DNA of 64,000 bases, taken from positions 16,857 to 80,856 of the forward strand of contig CAWHUY010000012.1 in the NCBI GenBank assembly GCA_963832675.1, in the 5' to 3' direction. The translations under genes were made by a program, and so were the position numbers. How positions within the stretch are numbered: position 1 is the first letter of the stretch; every line of letters begins with the position of its first letter. The notes beneath the pieces were generated by a model. That model worked only from the letters and a program-made list of their open reading frames with translations, was not told where the DNA came from and searched no databases. The DNA comes from an uncultured Spirochaetota bacterium. GTDB taxonomy: Bacteria; Spirochaetota; Spirochaetia; DSM-27196; DATKUC01. Below, in pieces: positions 36,032 to 45,598 of the stretch.

Positions 36032-37918
36032 ATGGGAGAACATCGCCGCTCACCAACGGGCCGCATCCACGTTCTGCGGGACGAGGTCGCCCGAAAGATT
36101 GCCGCCGGAGAGGTCGTCGAACGGCCCCATTCGGTCGTACGCGAGCTTCTCGACAACGCCCTCGACGCGGGAGCCGGTGAGATCCAGGTACACCTGTCGC
36201 GCGGCGGCACGCAGCAGATCCGCGTCGTGGATGACGGTGCGGGAATGGGGATCGACGACCTGGATCTGTGCTGGCTGCCTCATGCGACATCGAAAATCGA
36301 AACCGAAGCGGATCTGTCGACCACGCGCTCGCTCGGCTTCCGCGGCGAAGCGCTTTCGAGCATCGCCGCGGTCGCACGGTTGGAAATCGTAAGCAACCCG
36401 GCAGACGGGGGCCCCGCCGGAAGACTGGTCGTTCACGGGGGAAACCGTATTGCCATCGAACCGTGGCGGGGCCCGAAAGGCACCAGCGTCGATGTCGGCG
36501 AGATTTTCTATTCGCTGCCGGCGAGACGGAAATTTCTGCGAACCGCGGGTGCCGAATCAGCGATGTGCCGGCTCGTGATCATCGATCGCGCGCTCGCGTT
36601 CCCCGAAACCGGCTTCCGCTACTTCACCGAAGGTTCATTGCGGGCGTTTTTCCCCGCTGCGCGGAGCGTCGGCGGGGCCGCGTCGCCCGAACGCGAGACA
36701 ACCCGCATGGTGGCCGGAGCCGACGGCGGCCTCACCGACGCCGACAAGGGGCCCTCACCAGAGGGACTCAAGCGCCGCATACTCCAGGTATTCCCCGATA
36801 TCGTGGAGCAGGCGTTCTTGCGCACCATCTCCGGATCGGGTCCCGGCTTCAGCTTCGACGCGGTTCTCGAGACCCCGGACCTGTTCCGTACAGATCGAAA
36901 ATTCATTCAGATCTTTGTGAATAGGCGGCGGATCTGGGATTTCGCCTTCGTTCAGGCCATCGAGTATGCGTTTGCCGGATACCTTCCCGGGGGCCGCTAC
37001 CCTATTGCCTTTCTCTTTCTCAACGTCGATCCACAGCTGGTCGATTTCAACATCCATCCGGCAAAAAGAGAGGCGAGATTTCGCAACGCCGCAGAAATCC
37101 ATCATCGAATTGTCGAGGTGGTCCGCTCGTTCCTTTCGGCACACGCAAAACGGATCGCCTCCTCTGGATTTCAGACCGGCGATGGCTTGCTCGACGGCTT
37201 CGCCGCCGGTCGACCGATCAAAATCGGCATGAACGAACAAACGGCGATTGCCGCCCAGCCGCGGCCCTCCCTGACCCCATCCATCGCCGATCGGAGCTCT
37301 GTCGACTACGACCTCAAGAATCGCCTGGATCCCGGGGAAAAATCCCCGGTTCGCTACCTTGGTCAGATCATGGGACTGTTTCTCGTAGCCGAAATGGGTG
37401 AGCGCCTTCTTATTGTCGATCAACATGCTGCGCACGAGAGACTGCTTTTTGACCAATTCATGGCCGGTGGGCCGGTGCAATCACTGCTCGTGCCGCTGGA
37501 GGTTACACTCGAACCTGATCAGTCCAGGATGTTGGCGAAAAACCGCGAATTGCTCGAACGGCAGGGAATCACTGTCGAGCCCGTCGACCCTGCAGTCCCC
37601 ACGGATGAACCGACTGAGGATAGCTCTCCTGTCTGGCGAGTTTCGGCGGTTCCGGCCTCTCTCTCCGGTTCGCTGAAGAGGCTGGTTGACGGACTGCAGG
37701 GCCTCGAGGTAGCTGGCGGTGGAATTGTTCGACAGCTGTACGCGACCATGGCGTGTCGCGCGGCGGTGATGGACGGCGACCCAGTCGACGCGGTTACCGC
37801 GGTGACGCTGATCGAGAACTCCCTTCGACTCGAGAACCCCCGTTGTCCGCACGGTCGGCCGATCTGGCACGAAATCACCCGGTCAAGATTGTTCGAGCTC
37901 GTAGGTCGCGTGGTATAG
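36032..37918 (+). CDS. mutL: DNA mismatch repair protein MutL (endonuclease-proficient type)
   Basis: GHKL ATPase N-terminus IAAGEVVERPHSVVRELLDNALDAGA. C-terminal endonuclease motifs DQHAAHERLLFDQF and CPHGRP. Confidence 0.95.
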   Translation: MGEHRRSPTGRIHVLRDEVARKIAAGEVVERPHSVVRELLDNALDAGAGEIQVHLSRGGTQQIRVVDDGAGMGIDDLDLCWLPHATSKIETEADLSTTRSLGFRGEALSSIAAVARLEIVSNPADGGPAGRLVVHGGNRIAIEPWRGPKGTSVDVGEIFYSLPARRKFLRTAGAESAMCRLVIIDRALAFPETGFRYFTEGSLRAFFPAARSVGGAASPERETTRMVAGADGGLTDADKGPSPEGLKRRILQVFPDIVEQAFLRTISGSGPGFSFDAVLETPDLFRTDRKFIQIFVNRRRIWDFAFVQAIEYAFAGYLPGGRYPIAFLFLNVDPQLVDFNIHPAKREARFRNAAEIHHRIVEVVRSFLSAHAKRIASSGFQTGDGLLDGFAAGRPIKIGMNEQTAIAAQPRPSLTPSIADRSSVDYDLKNRLDPGEKSPVRYLGQIMGLFLVAEMGERLLIVDQHAAHERLLFDQFMAGGPVQSLLVPLEVTLEPDQSRMLAKNRELLERQGITVEPVDPAVPTDEPTEDSSPVWRVSAVPASLSGSLKRLVDGLQGLEVAGGGIVRQLYATMACRAAVMDGDPVDAVTAVTLIENSLRLENPRCPHGRPIWHEITRSRLFELVGRVV

Positions 37919-37945
37919 ACACCGCGGATTCGGACCTCCCGGTCC

Positions 37946-39937
37946 TCAAAGGCTCGAGAGCAAATTCTCCACCGCCGCACGGTCGGAATACTGCGGGTCG
38001 CGCTGAAGCAGTTTTGTCAGAATCGCCTTTGCCCCCGCCTTATCTCCGCTCGCAATAAGCACTTCACCCATCCTGTGGTAGGCTTCCCAGTAGTTCGGAT
38101 CGATCTTCATAAGTTCGACCAGAGCCTGCTGAGCGTCGGTGTACTGCTTGCTTCCGATATATGCAAGCGCGAGATGGTATCTCATTTGAGTGTCATTCGG
38201 CTTTTTTGCGATCGCCGCCTTGTAGTGGGAGACGCTCTGAGAGTAGAGCTCCTTGTGAAGGTATACGTTCCCGAGATTGGTATTGACTTCGATTGAATCA
38301 GGTTCGATCCTCGCGGCGGCAAGCAAGAAGTTGAGCGCCTGGTCATACATCTTCATATCGTCGAGGACCTTCCCAAGCTCGACCATCGCCTTCACGTAAC
38401 TGCTGTTTTTTTGAATCGCCTTGGTGAGGGAGGCCACCGCATCATTCTCATTGCCCAAAGCCTCCTGGATCTGCCCCTGCAGGTAGTAGTACTGAGCTTC
38501 ATCCGCATTGAGTGAAATCGCCGTCTGCACGAGCGGAAGCGCCTCGGTCGGCTTCTTCTCTTCGAACAGAACGAGCGCGAGATTGTAGTTGTTCGCGGGA
38601 TCGTTCGAACTGAGAGAAACCGCACGACGGAAGGCGATCTCCGACTGATCGAGTTTTCCCATCTGGTAGAATGCTTGCCCGAGACGGAACTGATAGATGG
38701 CGGAGCCTGCATCGTATTGAACTGCTTTCTGAAGCGAGGTGACGGCATTGTTCACATCGCCCTTGTCGAGCAGAATCGACCCGATGCGGTAATGGGCGCG
38801 CGCATCGGAAGACTTCACCTGCGCGGCGAACTGAAAGGCCTGGAGTGCGCTTTTCTGGTCCTTGAGGGTAAGGTCGGTGATTCCCAGGTTGTAGTAGGCG
38901 TTGTCGATGTAGGGGTTCAATCGGACGCAGTTCTCATACGAGCCGCGAGCGTCCTGGTATTGGCCGGCGCGGAATTGCGCGTTGCCAAGTGCGAACAGCA
39001 CGTTTGCATCGTCCGGATTCAGACGCGCCGCGCTCTTCAACTCTTTTATTGCCTCATCGTAGAGCTCAGTTTGCTGATACACCTGCCCCAGGGTAAAGTG
39101 CGGTTCCCAGAGGCTTGGATCCGCAGCAATTGCCTGATTGGCAAGCTGAACCGCCTTCTGCATATTTGTCGAGTTCTTCGGATCCTCGAGGAAGTAGGAA
39201 CGCGCCAGTTTCGAAAGTGCAGGCGGATAGTCCGACTGGACACCGAGCGCATCATTGAACCTCTGGCGCGCAGTGCCAAAATCCCCCTTCTCCATCGCGG
39301 CGACACCCTGATCCATCAGCCCTTTCAGTTTTTGCTGCTGCGCCCGCTGCTGCGCGTTGAGCTCGGCGAGGCGTTTCGCTTCAGCGTCCTTTTGCTGTTG
39401 TTCGATCTGTTTCTGCCGCTCAAGCTCGGCCTGCTTCTGGGCGGCAAGCTGCTTCTGGACCTCGAGTTCGGTCTGCAGCCTCTGTGCCTCGGCCTCCCTG
39501 GCTTTGGCTTCGGCCTCTTTGGCCCTCGCGAGTGCGTCCGCCTGTTGCGCCATCAGTGACGAATCTTGCGGATTTCGATTTTTCATATTGGCGCCGAGCT
39601 GATCGAGCGATTGCCGAAGCTGCTCATTTTGCTGCTCGAGGGCCGACATCTGCTGCTTCTGCTGCGCCTCCTCGGCCGCTTTCTTGGCCGCGAGGACCTG
39701 ATCTTTCAGCTTCCTGGCGTCCTGGTCACTGGAATTGGCAATCAGGAGCTCATCGATGAGATCGAGCGCCCGTTGATACTCGCCGTTCTTCATGTAGTCG
39801 GCAGCGATAGTAAGTTTGTTGTGTCTGACGGCGTCGGAACCGGCGCCCGCACGATTGGCGATAAGCACGATACCGCCGACGAGGAGAAGCAGGGCCAACA
39901 CGCCGCCTGCGATGGCGATTATGAGCCGGTTGTTCAT
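37946..39937 (-). CDS. membrane-anchored TPR-repeat protein with a Q/A/E/K coiled-coil segment
   Basis: Start at the ATG at 39937 (GGAGG upstream), MNNRLIIAIAGGVLALLLLVGGIVLI TM anchor, a long coiled coil, then about 14 TPR-like repeats. Confidence 0.7.
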   Translation of the reverse strand: MNNRLIIAIAGGVLALLLLVGGIVLIANRAGAGSDAVRHNKLTIAADYMKNGEYQRALDLIDELLIANSSDQDARKLKDQVLAAKKAAEEAQQKQQMSALEQQNEQLRQSLDQLGANMKNRNPQDSSLMAQQADALARAKEAEAKAREAEAQRLQTELEVQKQLAAQKQAELERQKQIEQQQKDAEAKRLAELNAQQRAQQQKLKGLMDQGVAAMEKGDFGTARQRFNDALGVQSDYPPALSKLARSYFLEDPKNSTNMQKAVQLANQAIAADPSLWEPHFTLGQVYQQTELYDEAIKELKSAARLNPDDANVLFALGNAQFRAGQYQDARGSYENCVRLNPYIDNAYYNLGITDLTLKDQKSALQAFQFAAQVKSSDARAHYRIGSILLDKGDVNNAVTSLQKAVQYDAGSAIYQFRLGQAFYQMGKLDQSEIAFRRAVSLSSNDPANNYNLALVLFEEKKPTEALPLVQTAISLNADEAQYYYLQGQIQEALGNENDAVASLTKAIQKNSSYVKAMVELGKVLDDMKMYDQALNFLLAAARIEPDSIEVNTNLGNVYLHKELYSQSVSHYKAAIAKKPNDTQMRYHLALAYIGSKQYTDAQQALVELMKIDPNYWEAYHRMGEVLIASGDKAGAKAILTKLLQRDPQYSDRAAVENLLSSL

Positions 39938-39992
39938 CCGTCCTCCTGTGATCCCGGACCGGCACTCGCACACCGAACCGGCGGATGGTGAG

Positions 39993-40697
39993 TTACGGTG
40001 CGATGTCGAGAGGCTCGGATTTGTTCTCCAGCCCGGCATTCCCACCTGAGAGGTTTTTCGTGTCGCTCGAAGCGCTGTTCAGGGAGTTGAGAACGCTGTC
40101 AAGAACCGCCTTGCGCCGGGCCTCTTCCGTTGCCTGTTTCTGCTTTTCGTCGGCAATCCTTTTCTGTTCGGCATCAACCTCTCCCTTGAGAAGCGAGATC
40201 ATTTTTTCGATGGAAGCGCGCTGGGGATCATCGGGCTTGAGGCCGAGGTAGGTCACGTAGTCACTGACGGCCGCGTCGTATTGTTTCGACTCGACCCTTA
40301 CGTTGCCGCGGTTCAGATAGGGCGACGGAAACGAGCTGTTGATTTCGATAGCTCTTGAGTACATCTCGGCGGCCTTTGTGGCCTGTTTCATAGCCAGGTA
40401 ATTGTTACCGATGTCATAGTAGAAAAGCGCACGGTCGGTCCCCGGCAGATCGGCCCCGCGGCTGAGAATGCTTATCGCCTGTTCGTGCTGACCGAGCTGT
40501 TCATAACAGATCCCGAGGTAGAGGTAGATTCGGTCGTTTCTCGGGTCATCCTGAAGTGCACTTTCAAGCAGAGCCGCTGCTTCCCTCGGCTTATTCTGGA
40601 GAAACAGTTCCTCTCCCTGATCGAGGAGAGTCTTCGCCGAAACGGGCAATGCGCAGACTGTCGCTGCCGCCAAAGCGATAATAAACAGTCTAATCAC
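39993..40697 (-). CDS. secreted TPR-repeat protein
   Basis: A GTG start at 40697 gives VIRLFIIALAAATVCALPVSAKT as the signal peptide. TPR repeats plus a charged C-terminal tail. Longer track starts would overlap the divergent gene. Confidence 0.6.
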   Translation of the reverse strand: MIRLFIIALAAATVCALPVSAKTLLDQGEELFLQNKPREAAALLESALQDDPRNDRIYLYLGICYEQLGQHEQAISILSRGADLPGTDRALFYYDIGNNYLAMKQATKAAEMYSRAIEINSSFPSPYLNRGNVRVESKQYDAAVSDYVTYLGLKPDDPQRASIEKMISLLKGEVDAEQKRIADEKQKQATEEARRKAVLDSVLNSLNSASSDTKNLSGGNAGLENKSEPLDIAP

Positions 40698-40721
40698 TCT
40701 AAAATTCCGCGCACGACGGGT

Positions 40722-40750
40722 TTGACACCGAGGCACAAAGCCATTAATCT
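40722..40750 (+). promoter_or_regulatory. sigma70-type promoter of the TM-TPR-Mrr-like operon
   Basis: TTGACA-N17-TAATCT read directly, 38 nt upstream of the ATG at 40789. Confidence 0.5.
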
Positions 40751-40788
40751 GTGCTCTATATTTATGGTATACAGCTGATGAGCGTTTC

Positions 40789-42150
40789 ATGCCGGTGATC
40801 GTCATTCTCATAGTAATACTCGGTATCGCGGTGGGAGTCTTTATCGTTTTCATCGTTCGTTGGGTCATCGCTCCAAAACAGATGGAGACCCTTGCATTGC
40901 TCGTAAAACAAAACAGAACTGCGCCCGCAATCAAGCTCGCCAAGCGCATTGTCGTCAAGGAACCGCGAAATGCCGACGCGCACTATTACCTTGGACTGGC
41001 ATACCTTAACGAGCAGAAGCCGGAACTTGCGTTGATGGAACTGAAGACCGTCAACCAGATAGGCATATTCAACGGTTACTGCAAGGAAATTCCCTTTAGA
41101 ACAACGATAGCAGATTTATATGCAAAATTCAATCAAACTGAAGAATCGCTGAAAGAATATCTACTGCTGCTGAAGATAGAGCCGTCGAACGCCTCAAACT
41201 ACTTCCAGGTCGGCAGGCTGTTCGAAGACCGTGACCGGACCGACAAGGCGGCACAATTCTACAAGAAGGCAATCTCTCTCGATAAACGCCACGCAGAGGC
41301 TCACTTTCGGCTGGGCCGCATCCTCTACAGAGCCGGGCGACCGATTGAGTCGCGTGCAGAGATTGCCCTCGCCATCGGATCGCAGACGGACAATAGCGAA
41401 GCCTATTACTACCTCGGACGACTCGAAAAAGACGCACAGGATTTCGTTTCGGCGCTCGCTTCGTTCGAGAAAGCGTCGCGAGACCCGACGTTCAAAGTGA
41501 AATCCCTCGTCGAGCGAGGCGCCTGTTTTCTCAGTCTGAATAACATCGATCGCGCGACTGTCGAGCTCCAACGGGCGGTAAGCCTCTCGACCGATGAGAG
41601 CTCGCAGGACGCGCTCTATGGCAGGTACTTTCTGTCGCTCTGTTACGAACGGAGCAGAAACATCGAGGCAGCGATCGAACAATGGGAACGGATCTACGAA
41701 CGCAAAGCGAATTTCCGCGACGTCGCCGAGAAGCTCAATCAGTACCAGGACATCAAGGCAGACGATCAAGTCAAGGACTTCCTCACCGCGGGCCAGGACG
41801 AGTTTCTCGCCATGTGCCGCGCGGCGACTGCAGCGATGGGACTCGCCGTGAGGGATAGCTCCCCGATGCACGACGGGTGTCAGATCGTCGCTGTGGAACC
41901 ACAAAACAAGTGGCGCAACACCCGAAAGCTCCCAACTCTGATCTGGTTTCTCCGCGTGACCAACCTCGTGGACGAATCGGCGGTTCGAGGGTTTCACGAG
42001 GAGATGAAGAAACAGAGTATCACGCGCGGCGTTATCGTTTCGAGCTCCGGATTCTCACGTCTCGCGATGCATTTTGCGATGTCCAGACCGGTCGATCTCT
42101 ACGATCGTGACCGGCTCCAGGGATTGCTCAGGGAGAACGGCGCTCGATGA
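40789..42150 (+). CDS. membrane-anchored TPR protein with C-terminal Mrr-like (restriction endonuclease fold) domain
   Basis: N-terminal TM MPVIVILIVILGIAVGVFIVFIV and about 7 TPRs. C-terminal FLAMCRAATAAMGLAV...HDGCQIVAV...LIWFLRV...RGVIVSSSGFS...VDLYDRDRLQGLL follows the Mrr_cat layout, but the (E/Q)xK lysine appears replaced (FLR). Confidence 0.55.
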   Translation: MPVIVILIVILGIAVGVFIVFIVRWVIAPKQMETLALLVKQNRTAPAIKLAKRIVVKEPRNADAHYYLGLAYLNEQKPELALMELKTVNQIGIFNGYCKEIPFRTTIADLYAKFNQTEESLKEYLLLLKIEPSNASNYFQVGRLFEDRDRTDKAAQFYKKAISLDKRHAEAHFRLGRILYRAGRPIESRAEIALAIGSQTDNSEAYYYLGRLEKDAQDFVSALASFEKASRDPTFKVKSLVERGACFLSLNNIDRATVELQRAVSLSTDESSQDALYGRYFLSLCYERSRNIEAAIEQWERIYERKANFRDVAEKLNQYQDIKADDQVKDFLTAGQDEFLAMCRAATAAMGLAVRDSSPMHDGCQIVAVEPQNKWRNTRKLPTLIWFLRVTNLVDESAVRGFHEEMKKQSITRGVIVSSSGFSRLAMHFAMSRPVDLYDRDRLQGLLRENGAR

Positions 42151-42160
42151 GGTTCCGGCT

Positions 42161-42949
42161 GTGAAGATTCTCTGCGTCTCCGACCACATAGACCCGCTTG
42201 TCTACAGCACCAAACTGAAAGAGCGGTTTCGCGACGTCGACATGGTGATCAGCGCGGGCGATCTTCCCATGGAGTACCTGGGATTCATCGCCAGCAGCCT
42301 GAACAAAGAGCTCTATTTCATATTTGGAAATCACAACCTAAAAAGATTGAACCTCTTCAAGAAAAGACGGACGGCATTCTCCATTACCGATCCATCGGGA
42401 AATCCCGCGCTGGATAATTACTTCGGGTCGATCTATATCGGCGGCAGAATTGTAAAAACCCGTCACAAATTGTTGATAGCCGGACTCGGCGGTAGTATGC
42501 TTTATAACGGTGATGAGAATCAGTTCACCGACTTCCAGATGTACCGGAAGATCTTTCGGCTGATTCCCCGTCTGCTCTGGAATAGAGTTGTGCATGGACG
42601 ATTTCTCGATATTCTTTTGACCCATGCGCCGCCTCGGGGAATTCACGACAAACCGGACCCGTGCCATACTGGATTCAGAAGCTTTCTGTGGTTTATGCGG
42701 AAGTTCAAACCACGATTTCTGTTACATGGACACATTCATCTCTATGACATGAATGCGCAGCGGATGACCGTCTATCATGAGACTACGATCATCAACGTGT
42801 ATGATCACTATGTCCTGACTCTGCCTGCGGCGGGCCGGGACCAGGCGCCGAACATCCCGCTTGTTGCGGAGACGGCAAGTGATATCAGCAAACAAGAGAA
42901 CAAACCGGACAGTGTCCGGCCGGAAACGGTCCGGAGGGACCAAGCATGA
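42161..42949 (+). CDS. calcineurin-like metallophosphoesterase
   Basis: GTG start at 42161 (VKILCVSDHID). Motifs DxH, GDLP, GNHN, THAPP and HGHIH in canonical order. Confidence 0.75.
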   Translation: MKILCVSDHIDPLVYSTKLKERFRDVDMVISAGDLPMEYLGFIASSLNKELYFIFGNHNLKRLNLFKKRRTAFSITDPSGNPALDNYFGSIYIGGRIVKTRHKLLIAGLGGSMLYNGDENQFTDFQMYRKIFRLIPRLLWNRVVHGRFLDILLTHAPPRGIHDKPDPCHTGFRSFLWFMRKFKPRFLLHGHIHLYDMNAQRMTVYHETTIINVYDHYVLTLPAAGRDQAPNIPLVAETASDISKQENKPDSVRPETVRRDQA

Positions 42950-43878
42950 GTGCGTTTATCGATCAGGAAGCGAGCCAGGATTTCAACAAGGCTCGTGGAC
43001 AGGAAACTCTGTCGCGGGTAATGAGCCTTCTCAACCCCACGGGAGATGAGATGCTCTCGCTTCAGGAGGTGAAGGATCTTCTGCGGCCGAAGAGCGAGAC
43101 CTATCGCGGAATGCAGGTGGTGTCGATCGACAGAATCGTTGGCAGCGAGGGTCGCTACAGGGACTTCAATCGCCGATTCCTCCCGCGTCACGAGTATCTG
43201 CGAAACCGGTGGACACGCGTCGACAAGGCGCATCTTCAGTCGATCATCCTCCCGCCCATAAAGCTTTATGAAATCGGCGGAGTCTACTTCGTGCGAGACG
43301 GAAACCACCGGGTATCGGTCGCCCGTCAGCAGGGTGTGCAGGCAATCGACGCCGAGGTTGTCTCCCTGGGATCGGAAATTGCCCTGCATCCCAACATGAA
43401 CAAGCGTGCGCTCCTGCGTGCCGTTGTGGAATACGAAAAGACGCAATTCTACGAAAAGACCCGCTTCAACATCATTATCCCGGACTACGATCTCGTATTC
43501 ACGGCTACCGGCCGCTATGACGAGGTGGTCCAGCACATCTACGGGCACAAGTACTACATCAATCAGCACTACGAGCACGAGATTCCGCTCGAGACGGCCG
43601 TCATCTCCTGGTTCAACAACGTGTTCAAGCCCATCGTGGACATCATCGGGCATGAAGGCTTGTTACACCGATTCCCCGGAAGAACTGCGGCCGACCTCTA
43701 CGTCTGGATCGTCAAACACTGGCATCTGCTCAAAGAGAGCAACGGGCCGAACGTACCGATCAAGGATGCAGCGATGGATTTCTCCCTGCGTTACGGCAAA
43801 GGGATCCGCACCCGCATCCGCGAAACATTTCATCGACTGTTCAGAAGATCCGCGACCGGTATGCCTCCAAGAGCCTGA
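42946..43878 (+). CDS. ParB/Srx-fold domain protein (DUF4032-like)
   Basis: YEIGGVYFVRDGNHRVSVARQQG is the ParB/sulfiredoxin DGxHR motif. The ATG overlaps the upstream stop (ATGA). Confidence 0.6.
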   Translation: MSAFIDQEASQDFNKARGQETLSRVMSLLNPTGDEMLSLQEVKDLLRPKSETYRGMQVVSIDRIVGSEGRYRDFNRRFLPRHEYLRNRWTRVDKAHLQSIILPPIKLYEIGGVYFVRDGNHRVSVARQQGVQAIDAEVVSLGSEIALHPNMNKRALLRAVVEYEKTQFYEKTRFNIIIPDYDLVFTATGRYDEVVQHIYGHKYYINQHYEHEIPLETAVISWFNNVFKPIVDIIGHEGLLHRFPGRTAADLYVWIVKHWHLLKESNGPNVPIKDAAMDFSLRYGKGIRTRIRETFHRLFRRSATGMPPRA

Positions 43879-43930
43879 TTGCCGGTATGAGGAGTGCGAG
43901 TCCCGGTGGCAAGCTTCTGCCGTCGGTCGC

Positions 43931-44653
43931 TCAGTAGGGATAGGGACCGGAGACGAGCTCGACCCGGAGTTTCGGGTCGAAAGCGGAGGCGTACAGATCG
44001 TAGTCGCCGGCCTGGTTCGGCCTCCTTGCCCATGATCTGTCGTGAGCGGGACCGGTCCAGCCGGAACCACCCGCCGCGCGGAGAATGACCCGGCGGGGTC
44101 GATAACGGATACGGTGACAGCGGGAAGGGGGCTTGCTACGGTCACCGACTGTTCGCGTATCGCGAGCGAAGGGAACGCAAGAGACGCAGCGATGGATTTC
44201 CGGCTGATCGATCACGAAAGTTCGCTCATCGCCGCGATCCTGAAAGATCGATCAGCACCACGCGATACTCGCCCCGCGGAAACGCAGTGCCGTCCGACAT
44301 CGTGATGTTATTGCTTCCAATCCACTGCTGGTTGTGATTTTGCCTCGTCTCTCCCATGTGTCGGGCGAGAGCGACCAGAAAAGTTGCGCCCGATCATTGA
44401 TCAGGTAGAGATGGGCCAGATCGGAGAAACCATCCTCGTCTTCCGGTTGGACAAAGACGGAAAGTTGCTCATACCTGGTGTTGAGCGTGCGATTGTCGAC
44501 CACCGCGAGTTCGCGATAGATTCCCGCTATTCGCGGCGGCGCTCCGCTGCATGAAAAGAGGGCAAGTGCGACCGCGAAGAGCGCAGCCGCACCCGTGAGG
44601 TGGGTGGCCCGCGTCCATTCGAATTCGCGGCGTCCAGCCGACATCAGGTGCAT
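43931..44653 (-). pseudogene. small lipoprotein gene with about 4 frame changes
   Basis: Lipobox ALALFSCSG. Sense path: ...FWSLSPDTW | QNHNQQWIGSNNITMSDGTAFPRGEYRVVLIDLSG | DERTFVIDQP | SIAASLAFPSLAIREQSVTVASPLPAVTVSVIDPAGS... | AGDYDLYASAFDPKLRVELVSGPYPY, spread over three frames. Confidence 0.55.
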
Positions 44654-44755
44654 GGCCTATCTTGACGGTTTCCGCCCGGTCCGGCAATACCGGCATGACG
44701 CGACTGTTCGGTTGCCTTCCGGCCTGATAGAGTAACACTAGAAAGGAGATCGCAA

Positions 44756-45547
44756 GTGGCAGATCCTGATAGAGCGGAATTGCTTTTGGTCGCGACGGCG
44801 GCAGCCGAAGAGGCCAGTCAGGTGCACCTCGATTTGGCGGAGAAAGGTTTTTCGATTGCAACCAAGAGCGCCCTGCACGACCGCGTTACCGACGCCGACT
44901 ACCGGGCCGAGGAAACTATTGTCACCGCTGTACGTGCGCGGTTTCCCGATCACAACATCGTGGCCGAGGAAAACAGTTACGAGGAAACCGGCTCACCCTA
45001 TTGCTGGTACATTGACCCGCTCGACGGGACCGTAAACTATTCCCGCGGTGTGCCCTACTTCAGCGTATCGATTGCGGTGGCGTTCCGGGGTGAACTCCTG
45101 GCCGCGGTAGTTCGGGATTCGTCAACGGGAGAAACCTTCGCGGCGGTCAAGGAGGGCGGCGCCTTTCGGAATAACACGCGCATCTGGACCAGCCGAACCG
45201 ATGACTATGGAGATGCGATCCTCATAAGCGGTTTCTTTTATCTTGACCGTAGGAGCACCGAGGAGAACCTGGGCACGATCGCGCGCCTGTTTGAAAAACG
45301 CGTGATCTCGGTAAGGCGGCTTGGCTCGGCGGCTCTGGATATGTGCCAGGTCGCCTGCGGTCGCGTCGATGCCTACTGGCAATCGCACCTCAATGTCTGG
45401 GATTTCGCTGCAGGCAAACTTATCCTTGAAGAGGCAGGCGGCCGGGTCTCTGACGCCTCTGGCGGGGCCGTGACGCTTTCTGCGGGATATATCGTCGCGA
45501 CGAACGGCGCCTTTCACGACAAGCTTCTTGCGGTAATAAATGAATAA
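44756..45547 (+). CDS. inositol monophosphatase family protein
   Basis: Motifs WYIDPLDGTVNY and WDFAAGKLILEEAGG. Confidence 0.85.
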   Translation: MADPDRAELLLVATAAAEEASQVHLDLAEKGFSIATKSALHDRVTDADYRAEETIVTAVRARFPDHNIVAEENSYEETGSPYCWYIDPLDGTVNYSRGVPYFSVSIAVAFRGELLAAVVRDSSTGETFAAVKEGGAFRNNTRIWTSRTDDYGDAILISGFFYLDRRSTEENLGTIARLFEKRVISVRRLGSAALDMCQVACGRVDAYWQSHLNVWDFAAGKLILEEAGGRVSDASGGAVTLSAGYIVATNGAFHDKLLAVINE

Positions 45548-45598
45548 TCCGGCGTAGAGCCGCAGCAGCCCAACGCGGCGCTGGCCATATTTCTGCAG

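Noticed and set aside
33857-36043. Minus-strand ORFs 33857-34912 (351 aa) and 35360-36043 (227 aa)
   Set aside because: They are antisense to the FecR-barrel gene. Arg/Glu/Cys-rich, with no start context.
39300-39720. Repetitive-looking GC-rich stretch (GCCTCGGCC, CTGCTTCTG and similar)
   Set aside because: There is no exact repeat unit or spacer structure. It is the codon-level echo of a Gln/Ala/Glu/Lys coiled coil in the 37946-39937 TPR protein, not a CRISPR array or tandem repeat.
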